The notes below the pieces were generated by a model. It did not search any database. It saw only the letters and a list, made by a program, of their open reading frames with translations, and was not told the DNA's origin. Shown piece by piece: positions 1 to 11,800 of a stretch of DNA of 64,000 nt; positions within the stretch are counted from its first letter, which is position 1, and the number at the start of each line of letters is the position of its first letter. The translations under genes were made by a program, and so were the position numbers. This stretch comes from Narcine bancroftii. Taxonomy: Eukaryota. The stretch lies in contig NC_091469.1 of NCBI RefSeq assembly GCF_036971445.1, positions 212,784,001 through 212,848,000 on the forward strand, in the 5' to 3' direction.

Positions 1-95
1 AGTTAAAGACCAGGAGAACACCCCGAGCATTTCCCCTAGGTAGGATAATCCGTAACCAGAGGATACAGGTTTAAGGTGAGAAGGGTACGTGGATA
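1..95 (+). mobile_element. CR1 LINE 3' fragment
   Basis: Matches the CR1 ORF2 C-terminal motif (TRG.RFKVR). Confidence 0.55.
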
Positions 96-121
96 ACTCT
101 GGAGCCATAGAGATGAAGTCA

Positions 122-312
122 GACAGCACAGTAAAAGCCCCTTCCCACAAGCCTGTGCCAGTCAATTACAACCAATCGACCTACACCCCCAGTACATTTT
201 GAAGGGTGGGAAACCCACACTGACACAGGGAGAACATACAAACTCCTTACAGACAGTGTCAGATTTGAACCCCACTCGCTGTTGCTGGAACAGGATTGTG
301 CTGCCACAACAT
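122..312 (-). mobile_element. V-SINE (HE1-like)
   Basis: Reverse complement of the V-domain core (gggagaacatacaaactccttacagacag) plus tRNA-like B box; the same family recurs across the window. Confidence 0.7.
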
Positions 313-458
313 TACTGAGAGATAAAGTGGTGAGCCCTTTGTATAACACAGTAAATGAATTTGGAAAGGGTTGGCTTGATGGATAATAACATGTCCTGAT
401 TCATCTGTTGGTCATGCTTTTATTGCCAGAACTTTCTGTGAATTTATTTACTTTTCAG

Positions 459-761
459 AGGTTGAGTCGTTGCCATCGGTCTTCATCGCCCCTCCCTGCC
501 ACAGAGAAGCTGACCAAGAGATCAGCCTCCTGTGTCTGGTCAAGGATTATCAGCCTGAGAGCATCATCCAGACATGGTCCACGAGCAGTGGGGACATCAC
601 CACTGGATTCAAGAAATATCCAGCAGTGTTGGGGCAGAATGCAAAGTACACAATGAGCAGCTTACTCCGAGTCCCTGCGGTGGAATGGAAAAGCAACAAT
701 GTCTACTCCTGTAAGGCAGGGTACAAACCAGACAAGTTTGTGAAAGAGGATTACATGAAAC
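459..761 (+). CDS. IgW: IgW heavy chain CH1 exon
   Basis: Acceptor ttttcag|, donor c|gttagt, phase 1/1. C1-set Ig domain VESLPSVFIAPPC..LLCLVKDYQP..W..YSC with an extra N-terminal Cys typical of the light-chain-bonding CH1. Confidence 0.9.
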
Positions 762-1760
762 GTTAGTATGAGATTTGATTTCTGTTTCGAACTACATTGT
801 GTTGAGGGTTAAAACTTGAGCAGGAACCTTGGTCCAAAATGTACAAAGGTGTCCATTCCTCCTTTTCCTCATTTGTTCAATTCCTACAAGCCAGTGGTGT
901 CTGCAGCTCACAAAAAAGGCCGTGATATATTGTGTGGAAGCAGATGATGAATGAAGCGTTCTCCTCCAGTCCATGAACCTGAGTTTTAGAGGAAGTTACA
1001 AGCAGCAATTTGTGCTGAACTGCCTCCTTTATATCCACTCATTGATCTCATTTCAGAAGACTCTCCACCATCCCCACTGCCCGGCCCAAGCATCTCCTTC
1101 CAGATTAGCTCCTTGACACAGAACCAGGCATCGATATTAGCCACCGTTCCTGCACAAGCAACACGAGTTCAACTTTGACCCACTCCGTCCGCACTTTCCC
1201 TCAGTCCTGTCCTGTGTCTGAGTAAAACTCGCACTCCTTATGAAGATGACTGAAGAATCGACATCCCCCACTTGACTTTATCCATCACCTCCCAGATGTG
1301 AACAAATCATTGCATTTAAAAGCAAATCATTTCCTCTTGTCTGCCTGTTCTTCTTTCTCATTAAGCTCAAAACTGTGGTTCCCAAACATCCTGTTCCACC
1401 CCATCTGCTCATACCCACAGGATCTGCAATCAGCCTTTCCTCTGCATGGTATATTCCACAGAATAATCAGATCACTGATGGTCTGCCCATAGAGGCCACT
1501 TACTGTTTCATCCCCCTCAACACTGCAGTGTGGGACACACTGCTGGGGAGGCCTGTATCATCCATCTAGATCTCCCAATCAGAGCTCTACCCAATATTTC
1601 ACGATAGGATCCAGCCTCTCAACAGATCATCTGTTAATGAACAGAATTGTAGAATGGGCTGACGTTGGGCGACTTGCAGTGGAGGTAGGGATGGAGTCCA
1701 CCTACACGGTGGCCAGTTGTATCATCAGTAATATTGCATTAATATTGCATTGTTTTACAG

Positions 1761-2066
1761 CTCAATCTCCAAAGCTCACACCTCTGGCTCCAACCCCAAA
1801 GATTCTTTCCAATCAAACAAATACTATCCTGGGCTGTATGATATCACAATTTACTCCTGATCGGATTCGGGTGACCTGGAAAAAAGCCGGATCAGAGCAA
1901 TTGAGCAGTCTTCTCCCTTCCAAGAGGAGACCCGATGGTGCATTTGAAACAGTCACCTACCTGACCGTGTCTGTGGACGAATGGACCAGCAAACAGGAAT
2001 ATACTTGTGAAGTGATCCACACACCTTCCAACTTCCATCAGAAGATCACCATGACATATCAAGGGG
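1761..2066 (+). CDS. IgW: IgW CH2 exon
   Basis: Acceptor ttttacag|, donor g|gtgagt, phase 1. C1-set pattern LGCMISQFTP..VTW..YTCEVIH. Confidence 0.92.
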
Positions 2067-2712
2067 GTGAGTGGTGTCTGAAGGAGAATTAATTTACTTG
2101 CTGTTTTCAACAAGCTGACCTTCACCCAATTCATGTCCCTGATGTAAGTCCTGTTGAGTGATGCATAATGTCTACATTTCTACCCTTCTACATTTCAAAC
2201 TAACCCTTTCCATCAGTAATTTTAACCCAATCTATTGTACAGGACGGGAAAGTTTGCGTCTCCTCTGGCATTTACTCCCACACAATTCTAGTCACAACTG
2301 TGGAAGGCAAATGGGACATCAAGCAAGATGCATCCCATCTGAAGAAAATCTCCATCTTCACTTTTAGTCTGTTTCTGGGAAAAATACCTCCAGTTGAGTG
2401 TCAGACTGTGGAGAGTCATTCAATCTCCATGGTAACCTAAGAATCTTCCCAGCACGTCATCCACTCACAAAATTGGATCCTTGTTCAGTTTTCCCCCCCA
2501 CCCCCCACCCCAAAAGAAAACTGGAATTATGACTTGTGCCCTTGATTTCTCTGATCCCAGACAAGGTACAACAGGTTTGCATTATCCTGATCTGATAGGA
2601 TGCTGAATTCAGAGGATAGAGATCGGGACTGTGTGGAGCTGCTTCGTTTGCCAGTGCAGGAAGTACAGGTGAAATTATCTGATGATTAAACCTATGCATC
2701 TTCCATTTCCAG

Positions 2713-2837
2713 ATGTAACACCTCCCAGCTGTTCGTGTAAGCCGACATTCTTCTACCAGTCTAATGTCAATGCAACATTCTCTGATGGTACCACCCGAGC
2801 ATATCATTGTACACAAGGAAAGTGTCAAATAAAGTGA
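2713..2837 (+). CDS. IgW: IgW short-form (2 CH) Cys-rich secretory tail exon
   Basis: Acceptor ttccatttccag|; phase-1 translation DVTPPSCSCKPTFFYQSNVNATFSDGTTRAYHCTQGKCQIK* (41 aa, 4 Cys). Resembles, from recall, the IgW/IgX short secretory tail. AATAAA at 2828-2833. Confidence 0.85.
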
Positions 2838-4274
2838 TTGGCTGCATGTGGAATTCGTCGTTGAATTTTATTACAATCCATTTGCTGGATTCAAATCTAT
2901 CCCATCAAATCCATTGAAATCAAGGTGCAGTAGAGAAAAAACACCAGTTCAAGCTGCCCCATCTCCCCTCCACACCTCACGTGTACACTCATTTATTTGT
3001 GGACATTGTTGGTTCAGTGAGGTTCAGATCCCAGTCCCACTTCCCTCGACCACAGGTCTAATGCCAGTCAGTGAGAACCAGAAACTACATCTCCGCCAGT
3101 GGCTTGGGGCAGGAGGTGGTGAAGATGCACAGGGGTGAAATGTCACATTGGCTCAGTTACAGCATGTGACAACCTGAAAAAAAGCAGGGCCTGTGACAAA
3201 TCAGTAAGACAGGCCACAGGACCCCACCAGTGACCTGTCCTATCTCACTCATGTGTTTGGTGTGTAAGGGATGGACAGCAAACATTTGGAAGCATTCTGT
3301 TCACTCACCTCCTGGGCATTGAACTTAGTCCAAGAGAGAAACTCAGTGATCAGTGCGAATGCCACTGGTGGGAGTGTAATCACCCAAGGATTGAGAGGAT
3401 GCTATTAGTATTTTGCACAAAGGAGAGCTATCCTGACACTGTGAGGATATCTGAGGGGCAGTTGCCTCACACCAGAGATGGCTGAGCATTGGATTGTGTA
3501 ATTGATATGGGCCGGCACTGAACAATAACACCACAGTGCTGATTAAATCAATATTCCAAAAGCAATAACCCCCAACAGTGCACATCTCACTTTATAAATT
3601 TCTGACCTGGACTAACACCATGCATCTGCCATAATTTTTTAATTGCTCAAGTTGTGCTAAAAGAAGGAAGGATTGAGTAAACGACCACATTGTATGTCAT
3701 CAAATTAAATGTGTCCTGTCAGCCAGGCACAGAGTTCATTGCATCTGCTCTAAATTGATCTGAATCTCAAGAAGGTTTCAATCCTGACACTAACATAATC
3801 ACCCTCTGTGAATAGTGTTTGACAGCAAACACAGCCCATGTAGGCCAGTGAGTGATTGTGTAACTGACGTGACGATGGTGCTTGAGGAGACAAATGGCCC
3901 TGCAGAATACAGGGAATGAGTGAATCATCTCTTCGTAGCTCAGTGATTCGGAAATGAAATGCAAAAGTACATCTACTGCAAAATAATAATCCCAAACTGC
4001 TGCACGAGGGAGACTTCTGCTATTCTCCAAATTTAGACTGTGCTCTGTTGTTGCTGGAGAGCAGGTTGTCCTCTACTTTCATTCAAATTGTTCTTTTCAA
4101 ATATTAAAACACCTCAGCAACTTCACGAGAGCACAGTCACACAAAACCTATTCAAACCCAGAGGACAGGTGTCCCCAAAGCTCTGTCATAGAGGGGTCCT
4201 ATTCATTCACAATTTTGTGCCTCTCATTCAAGATCACTCTTGAACTGAGGGTCCTACTGGACCATTTCTGATGG

Positions 4275-4500
4275 TGATCGGGGCTTGGCCATGTAACTGC
4301 AGGTCTGGAGTCACATGTGGCCAGACCAGTGATGGATGGCAGATTTCCTCTGCTGACGAACAACAGAGAACCGGATGGGATTTATGACAGCACAAATACT
4401 TTACAATCCCAACCACCAAAGAGAGCATTTTATTCCAGAATGCATTCATTAAATGAATTCAAACTGAGAGAATCCCAGCCTCAATTTAGACAGACAAAAG
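4275..4500 (-). mobile_element. Old cartilaginous-fish SINE fragment
   Basis: ggtctggagtcacatgtggccagacc..gatggcagatttcct motif; related pieces near 15350-15520 and 28370-28630. Confidence 0.45.
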
Positions 4501-4926
4501 GATTCTCATTGATTCCCAAAGCTCAGTGGAGATAACTGATTCCACGGGGGTTCCATGTAAAGAATATATTGAATTGTCTCTGTTGAGAGGTATGCCCGCT
4601 CCTCTCCTGGCTTCACACAAACCTGTGACTGGCTTTGCCGCTTCGAAATGTTGCTTAGCCTCTTACCACCCATGTAGTCCCTGCTCTGAACCTGGTGGTC
4701 ACAGTCTGGGGAAGGCTATAAAACCCATTTGGCAGATCCTTTATACTGAGTTTATTTTCCCAGCCAACACTTGCAGTTTATGCAGCACATCATTCAACCC
4801 TTGCGTGTTTCTACTATTCTCATTCCAATACACTTCGCCACGATATACTTGGATCTGCTCTGACTTTCCATCACCAACAGAAAATCTTCTGCTACAATTC
4901 TGACATCTCCCATTTCTGATCCACAG

Positions 4927-5226
4927 AATTGTTTGTCTCGATTCAAAATCCCTCCATTAAAGAGATCTGGATCAACAAAACAGCTACACTGGTGTGCACA
5001 GTCATCTCTGCTGATCCGAGCAAGGTCTTCATCGCCTGGGAGGTGAACGGGGAGGATAGAAGCGATAAAGCTGTGACCTATCAGCCCACAAAGGAAGGGT
5101 TCCAAAACACAAAAATCAGCCGACTCCAGACCAGCGTGGAGGAGTGGTCCAGTGGGATAGAGTACACGTGCTCTGCCCAAGATCCTTTATCCTCAGCAGT
5201 GTCAGCCCGGACAAAAAGCACCAAAG
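4927..5226 (+). CDS. IgW: IgW CH3 exon
   Basis: Acceptor ccacag|, donor g|gtaggc, phase 1. ELFVSIQNPSIKEIWINKTATLVC..W..YTC domain (IgW CH3/IgNAR C2 type). Confidence 0.92.
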
Positions 5227-5311
5227 GTAGGCAAGAGATCACTGATTAAACCACAAACATCAGTGTCATTACGAGAAGGAGTTCAACATTTTCTTTGCTC
5301 TTGTGTTCCAG

Positions 5312-5629
5312 TTGAGACAAAGCCGCCTGAGGTCAGACTGCTACCTCCACCATACGAAGGGTCCAAGCGGAGGAAGACGGCTACCCTCGAATGTGTGGTC
5401 TCAGAGTTCTACCCAGACCACATTGATGTCACCTGGAAGAAAGGTCGCTCCCTGATCTCCTCCAACACCAGCTCGACACGCACTGCTCTGGAGCAGGCTG
5501 GGACTTTCAGTGCCAGTCACTTCCTGACTGTGAGTTCACAGGAGTGGAAGGCAGGCTCAGTCTTTAGCTGCACAGTGTCTCATCCCTCCTCCAACACCAG
5601 CATCACAAAGGAAGCGAGGAATACCCAAG
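5312..5629 (+). CDS. IgW: IgW CH4 exon
   Basis: Follows an 85-bp intron; acceptor ttccag|, donor g|gtaggg. PPEVRLLPPP..TLECVVSEFYPD..W..FSCTVSH. Confidence 0.92.
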
Positions 5630-6390
5630 GTAGGGTCCTGTCCCACTCCATTGTGGACATTGTTTGCTTTATGTTGTACATTATGCCAGACAAGCTCAAC
5701 ATGGAAACATGGTGCAGGCCTGTTGTGGTTTTGTGCCTCAACAGATCATCCAGAATCTTGGCCAGAGAAATAAGTGTCTCCCTGAAATTCCTTTCATGAC
5801 TTCTTCCAAATGGTCTTTCTTTCTGTCTTTGAATGTAATCTGAGCCTCTGATCATCGCCTCAGCGGTGACGGAATGTTCAACCGGGCAGCACTCTCTCTG
5901 CTCCAGCCTGGGCAATGTGTAAAAGCCTCTGCAGGATGGCTTGAACACAAAACCTTCTGACAAAGCAGATTTCAGTGCACTTCTTGGAGGCAAAATGCAT
6001 TCTAACAGTTGTGACAAAGATCAAGTATTTCTGATGATTGAATTTTAAAAGTATAAAGGAAAAGTGCTGGAATATTTCTCACCTAAAGTATTAGCTCGGC
6101 TTCCCTGGAGCCCGAAATGTTTGAATTTTCTGTGGATGGCAGCAGCTTCAGTGCCCACGAAAATGTCAAACTGACACCAGAGATAAACTTGTTCATTTCC
6201 ATTCCTGAGGAGGGTTTATCCTGTCTGCTCAAGTGGGAAACCTCATTCCTCCACCAACGTAGATAATTCTCGACTGATCTGATGGGACCAACAAATCACT
6301 TGCTGGAGATGAGCAGGAAATGTTGGTCTCATCAGTGACGCCCCCATCCATTAGGGAAAGGTGAAATAATAATTGTGATGTTTCTCCCAG

Positions 6391-6711
6391 AAGACTGTCC
6401 AGATACCCACCTCTCGGTCACTTTAAGGAAACCTTCTTTCCATGAGATCTGGACGAACAGGACGGCGACCATTCTGTGTGAGGTGGTCCGTGGTAATTTA
6501 GACGGATTCAGGGTAACCTGGCAGGTGCACGGAAGTAAGAGAGAAGACGGGGTGAGAACTCAAGGACCAATCAGAGACGGAGATGAAGACACAATCATCA
6601 GCAGGCTGGTGGTCCCCGCAACAGAGTGGGAGATTGGGACGGAGTACTTGTGCATTGTGGAGGACAAGAGTTTGCCAACACCAGAGAAGAGGTCCATTAA
6701 GAAGGCCACAG
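6391..6711 (+). CDS. IgW: IgW CH5 exon
   Basis: Acceptor tttctcccag|, donor g|gtacgt. EDCPD (extra Cys)..EIWTNRTATILCEV..W..YLCIVED. Confidence 0.92.
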
Positions 6712-6869
6712 GTACGTGAAGAGAGAGTTCAGTGTGAGTCTGATCGTAGCAAGTAGAGGAATGATAATGGTAATAAGGTTTTGTCATCGCCAATGTACAT
6801 TGTACAGAGGCAAGGCAGATGTCACCATCCAGCAGTGGTGGACTCGGGGGGGGGGGGGGGGGGGGGGAA

Positions 6870-7260
6870 TGAGAGCGGGGTAGGCCATTCAGCCCTTCAT
6901 TCCTGCTTAGACATTCAATATGATCACAGCAGATCATTCATACTGCGCCCCCTATTCCTGCCTTCTCTCCATGACCCTTGATCCCTTTACCCTTGGAACT
7001 ATATCTAGCTCATCCTTAAATATATTTAATCATGGGCTTCAACTGCTCTCTGTGGCAGAGAATTCCCCAGGTTTGCTGTTCTCCTGGTGAAGACATTTTC
7101 ACTCTTACACCATCTTCAGCATGCCACACTGTTCCTGGATTCTGCCATCTTCAGGAACATTCTTCTAGCTTCAAGTCTGTCCAGTCTTGTTCGGAATGTT
7201 GCTGCTTCCATGAGACTCTCCACATTCGTCTTTGCCCTGTTAAAGGTCTTATGTTGGTCA
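6870..7260 (-). mobile_element. CR1 LINE 3' fragment
   Basis: taggccattcagcccttc..aatatgatcacagcagatc 3' UTR pattern followed by degraded ORF2 end. Confidence 0.55.
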
Positions 7261-8146
7261 GAGAATATTAGCCTCCAGGGAAGGGTTCTCCAACATGGTT
7301 AATATCAACCCCTGGGGCATGAAGGGACTATCCAAGGAGTTGATAAATGCCTGGGGATCAAAAGGGGGTTGATAAACACTGGGGGGAGGGGTCAATTGAA
7401 CTTTGGGGTCAAAAGCAGGGGCATGTCTACATAAAATATCACGAGAGTGGTACCCATGCTGTAATTGGCTTTGGCAACTTAATAGGTAGTGAGTGAAGGG
7501 GGGATGGGGAAGGGTGGACAGAGTGGAGAAGAAAGAGGTCTACATCAGTGCTGCCACTACCCCTCCCCCGGTCAGAACTGCCTGGATCAAGGATTCCATG
7601 TAGAGGATGATGGTCTAAAAGGTTTGGGGTCCCTGCTCAGTAAAATCCCAAATCACCATAGAGGCCTCACCCAAGACCACACTAGTTCCTGTGGGGTTGG
7701 TTCCTGTGATGGTGTTGAGGGAGAAGGATCTGCAGCTTTCAAACCGTGAGGGACACACTGAGTCAAGGCAGTGAGTGGAAGGGCAGGGAGGCTGAGGCAC
7801 AGAATGAAGTTTAGAAGATCATTTAATCAAAGGGGGAGATGAACAAACAGCACAGGATGGGGCAAGTCCAGGGTCCAACCCAACTTCTGGGTGTCTGTGT
7901 GATCAATGGCTCCCAGTGAATAAAGTGAACAGATAAACCTCTCTGGAAGCTCCAAAATGTATCTGATTCAAGATTTCCTCCCTGCACATCCCCACAACGA
8001 GCAGAAATGGAAAAGGCTTTAGTGTCAGGTAAAGTGAAATCCCTCGAGGTGTAGAAGTTGCCCATGTTGGTTTGAAACCGTACTGCGTGGGTTAAGCACA
8101 GAACTATTGAAAGATGCAGTCTAACTGAGGTTCTCTTTGTTTCTAG

Positions 8147-8538
8147 GTGGAGTTGTGACTTCTCCTCACATCTATCTCCTCCCCCCTTCATCAGATGAGT
8201 TCGAGGCAGATCAGTCTGCGACCCTGATGTGCCTGGTCAACAAGTTCTCTCCTGCAGACATCTATGTGGCCTGGATGGCCAACGACACTCTTCTGAAGAC
8301 TGGATACGTGAACCATCCAGTGACCGAGGACACCAGGAGGGACTGGAACACCATGACTAGTCAGTTGAAGATTTCTCTAGAGGAGTGGAATCGCGGCACC
8401 ACTTTCTCCTGCGTGGTGGGACATGAGTCGCTCACAACGAATCTGTTCAGAAGCATCAATAAATCTCACGGCAAACCCAGCCTGGTCAATCTCTCACTTG
8501 TTCTCACAGATAGTTTTACATCTTGTGGGTCTTATTAG
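8147..8538 (+). CDS. IgW: IgW CH6 plus long-form secretory tailpiece
   Basis: Acceptor tttctag|. Terminal-domain motifs PHIYLLPP, LMCLV, FSCVVGHESL, then tailpiece SHGKPSLVNLSLVLTDSFTSCGSY* with an N-glycan sequon and a C-terminal Cys. Confidence 0.93.
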
Positions 8539-8586
8539 TTTTATGATCATTAACTGTCCGAGAAGATCATTTAATTTTCTGTCATG

Positions 8587-8619
8587 ATTAAAATCTGGAC
8601 CTTAACAAATGAGAATAAA
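8587..8619 (+). promoter_or_regulatory. Polyadenylation signals of long secreted IgW
   Basis: ATTAAA 8587-8592 and AATAAA 8614-8619, 50-80 nt after the tailpiece stop. Confidence 0.65.
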
Positions 8620-10104
8620 ATGGGACTCAAGAATTACATTAGCCACAAACAGAATTCATCACAAATTTCACACAAGATAAAAGAACAGGAGGCCATTTGG
8701 CCCATTGAGTCTACAATTCCACCCTGAACTAAACTGTTCTCACATCTAGTTCCAAGTTTCGGCCTTTTCCCCATATCCCTTGATACCCTGACTAATTAGA
8801 TACCGATCAATAAACTCCCCCAATGATCACACCTCCTTTCTGAGGTCTCAAGATGTGTCATATCAATGGATGTGTTCATGTACCAATCAAAGTTCAATAA
8901 ATGTAATGTGAAAATATTATCATTGTGAGTGTCCTTTACTGGTATGCTGTGTGAGGCAGTAAATGTGGGATGTGCGTGTGGAAGATGATAAACACTTCGG
9001 GAGGAGAAATTGGTGTCTTTGGATCGATGATGTAAAACACCTTCCAACAGTGGATGTCCTTGCACCTTGCCTGGACCTGTCATAGACGAATGATCAAGGA
9101 TGGATTGTGATCAATAGTCAACAACTCTCTTATCATTGTGTCAAGTATCTGTCAGGGTGACAGAAGGAAAACTGGACTTTCCCAGTCCAATTGTCAAAAA
9201 GTGCTCATGTAACCTATCAAATATGGCCGGATCTTCTGTGTTTAACTGTTAGTTGTGTGATAAATATTGGCTCTGGGCTGTGGCAAGATCTTTCCTTTTC
9301 TTTTTTCAGTAGCATCATTTGATTATTGAGATCTATCTGAGAATCATCTATTCAAAGCCTCATTCTATCAGCACCACTTCCAGTGGTTGATCTTTCCCTC
9401 TGGACTGTTGGCTTTCATTCCAGGCTTAATGCTCCAGAGAAGAGTTGGAATCCATCATTTTCTAACCAAGACGTTCCATAGCTAACCACTGAGCCACACG
9501 TGATATCTGTGTCCAACAAGGGGCAATCATTGTTTGAGGAGTCCTTGGCTGCTGCTTACCACGTGTGAACATGTGAAGTTGAATAGAGGGTGACCTCAAT
9601 GTTGGGAACAGTTCCATTCCAAGGGCACAGTTAAGCTAACTATAAGGAAGAAAATCAGCCCTAGATGTGGTAGACGCTAAATCGTGAGATATATGTAAGG
9701 TGGAAATGTTAAATATTTAAAGATCAAGGATTGATGGCTTTGGGAAGTTGAGGCCAAAGTAGACCAACCATGATCAGATTGGCTGTCTGGGCAGACATGA
9801 AGTGCTTGGTGGTCTACTCTTGCTCCTGTTTCCTATTGTTCTTGTGAGATCAATGGAGATGCAGACAGAGAGAATTGCAAACAGAAACAAAAGTCGAAGT
9901 GGAAAGGAAATCAACTGAAGAGAGAAATAGCGTGCGAAGGAATCAAAGAGGGAAAATAGAACGTGAGGGTAAAACAGGGAGACACACAAACAAAGAAAGG
10001 GAGAGAGTGAGGACTTCCAACGATTCATTGGCTTCTGTCCCACTCCATGAGACCTCACTCCTCACTGTTCTCCAGCACTAATCTTGCATAGATGACATCA
10101 TACC

Positions 10105-10700
10105 TTATGAACGCGGACAGGCCATCTCGGCCCCTCTAGTCCGCACTGATTTAAGTGACCTCTAGTCCCATCTACCTGCTCCTTGTCAATAACCCTCCAA
10201 TCCCCTCACATCCATGCACTGATCCAACCTTCTCTCAAATGACAAAATTTACCCTGCTGCAACCACCTCTTCCGGAAGGTCATTGCACTCAGCCATCACT
10301 CTCTGAGTGAAGAAGTTCCCTCTCATGTTTCTTTTAAACTTTTTCCCCCTCACCCTTAACTTACGACCCCTCATTCCAATCTCACCTACCCTCAAGTGGA
10401 AGGGCCTATTCACATCTACTCTATCTATCCCCCTCATAATTTTAAATATCCTATCAAATCCCCCATCAACCTTCTACGTTCCAATGAATAAAGACCCAGT
10501 CTTCTCAATATTTCTTTGTATTCTAGATACTGCAATCTAGGCAACATTTTAGTAAATCTTCTCTGCGCCATCTCTACCTTATTGATATCCTTCCTATAAT
10601 TTGGGGACTAGAACCGCACACAGTATTCCAAATTTGACCTCACCAATGCCTTGAACAGTCTCAACATCACCTCCCAGCTGCTATATTCTATGCTTTATCA
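10105..10700 (-). mobile_element. CR1 LINE 3' fragment
   Basis: ORF 10249-10437: MRGIDRVD..RGNFFTQRV..NDLPEEVVAAG, the CR1 ORF2 C-terminus. Confidence 0.85.
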
Positions 10701-11298
10701 AAGAGGCAATTAAATATTTGAGACAGGACTTTATTGATAGGAGCTCTCTGAGGCATTTGTGAATGTTTCTCATAAGAGACAGTTTGTCACAGTTGCAGCT
10801 CATAGAATTGAACACAAATTATTGACCTGATTATGAGACTGGCAGAATGACAGGAAACTGAAGATACAATGGGTGGGAACTGAACTCAGCAGGATATGAT
10901 GATGTGCGGCATCCTGTAATGACCTCAGTGGCTGCCATAACCATTCGTGGAAAATATTCATGACATAGATGAAAGTATATAAAGGCATTTGGGTTTCCAA
11001 CAACAGAAGACGAGAGCATTGTAAGCCACGTGGCAGCAAAGTTTAAAGTGGAGAGAGGACAATGGATGAAGTGATGGGGACAATGACAGGAAAGTGCAAT
11101 AATTGGGCAAAGTTGAGGGGTTGGGAAACTTTCTCCATTCCTATTTTCTTGTATTCACATAACCTGCAGGTGATCTTTTCCCTCGAAGTGCCTACAGACC
11201 TAAGATGAATACTGTGGGATATGTGGAGCTTCCATTGTCCAGATGCAGGGAAGGATGGTGAAATTGCCCTGCATCTTAATATTCAAGTCTTCTTCCAG

Positions 11299-11429
11299 AT
11301 AGAACCCTTCATGTTTTTATGTGTATGATGTAAGGCAACTTCCCTCTATTGGATCAATCTTAATTGACGTTCCGGGATGGTGCTGTACATCCCTGTAAAT
11401 ATTCGAAAGGGAAGAGCGAAATGAACTGA
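11299..11429 (+). pseudogene. Decayed paralog of the short secretory tail exon
   Basis: Upstream intron and acceptor (cttccag|at) align with 2626-2714. Relics CKATSLYWINLN and FRDGAVHPCKYSKGKSEMN* align with CKPTFFYQSNVN and FSDGTTRAYHCTQGKCQIK*. Frameshifted, with in-phase stop at 11331-11333. Confidence 0.75.
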
Positions 11430-11564
11430 TTGGTATTGAACATACATGATTGATCGATTCAGGTGCCTTACCATTCGGCATGGGTGATCACGTCTCTCCA
11501 TCGATCACGGTTTCTGACCATCATATTGAACATATATAAGGGTGCCATTTTATTGCAAACTCTT

Positions 11565-11800
11565 TAAATTTAAACATACAGTGCGGTAACTTCTGGCCCA
11601 AGAGTCCCTGCGTCCCAAATACACCAATTAACCAACAACCCCATGTACATTTTTGAAGGGTGGGAGGACACCAGAGCACCCAGAGGAAATCCCTGCAGAC
11701 ACAGGGAGAACGTATAAACTCATGACATACAGTGCCCGATTTGAACCCGGGTCACTGGTGCTGTAACAGCGTTGCACTAACCGCTATGCTGACCGTGCCA
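11565..11800 (-). mobile_element. V-SINE (HE1-like), near full length
   Basis: V-domain core plus tRNA-derived head (tttgaacccggg..ctaaccgctatgctgaccgtgcc). Confidence 0.8.

Noticed and set aside
6846-6867. 22-nt poly-G as a regulatory element after CH5
   Set aside because: It abuts a CR1 3' end; no evidence beyond a homopolymer whose length may be error-prone.
459-8538. IgM or IgNAR assignment
   Set aside because: Six CH exons, a CH1 with a light-chain Cys and a Cys-rich tail after CH2 fit IgW; IgM has four CH domains and IgNAR lacks this CH1.
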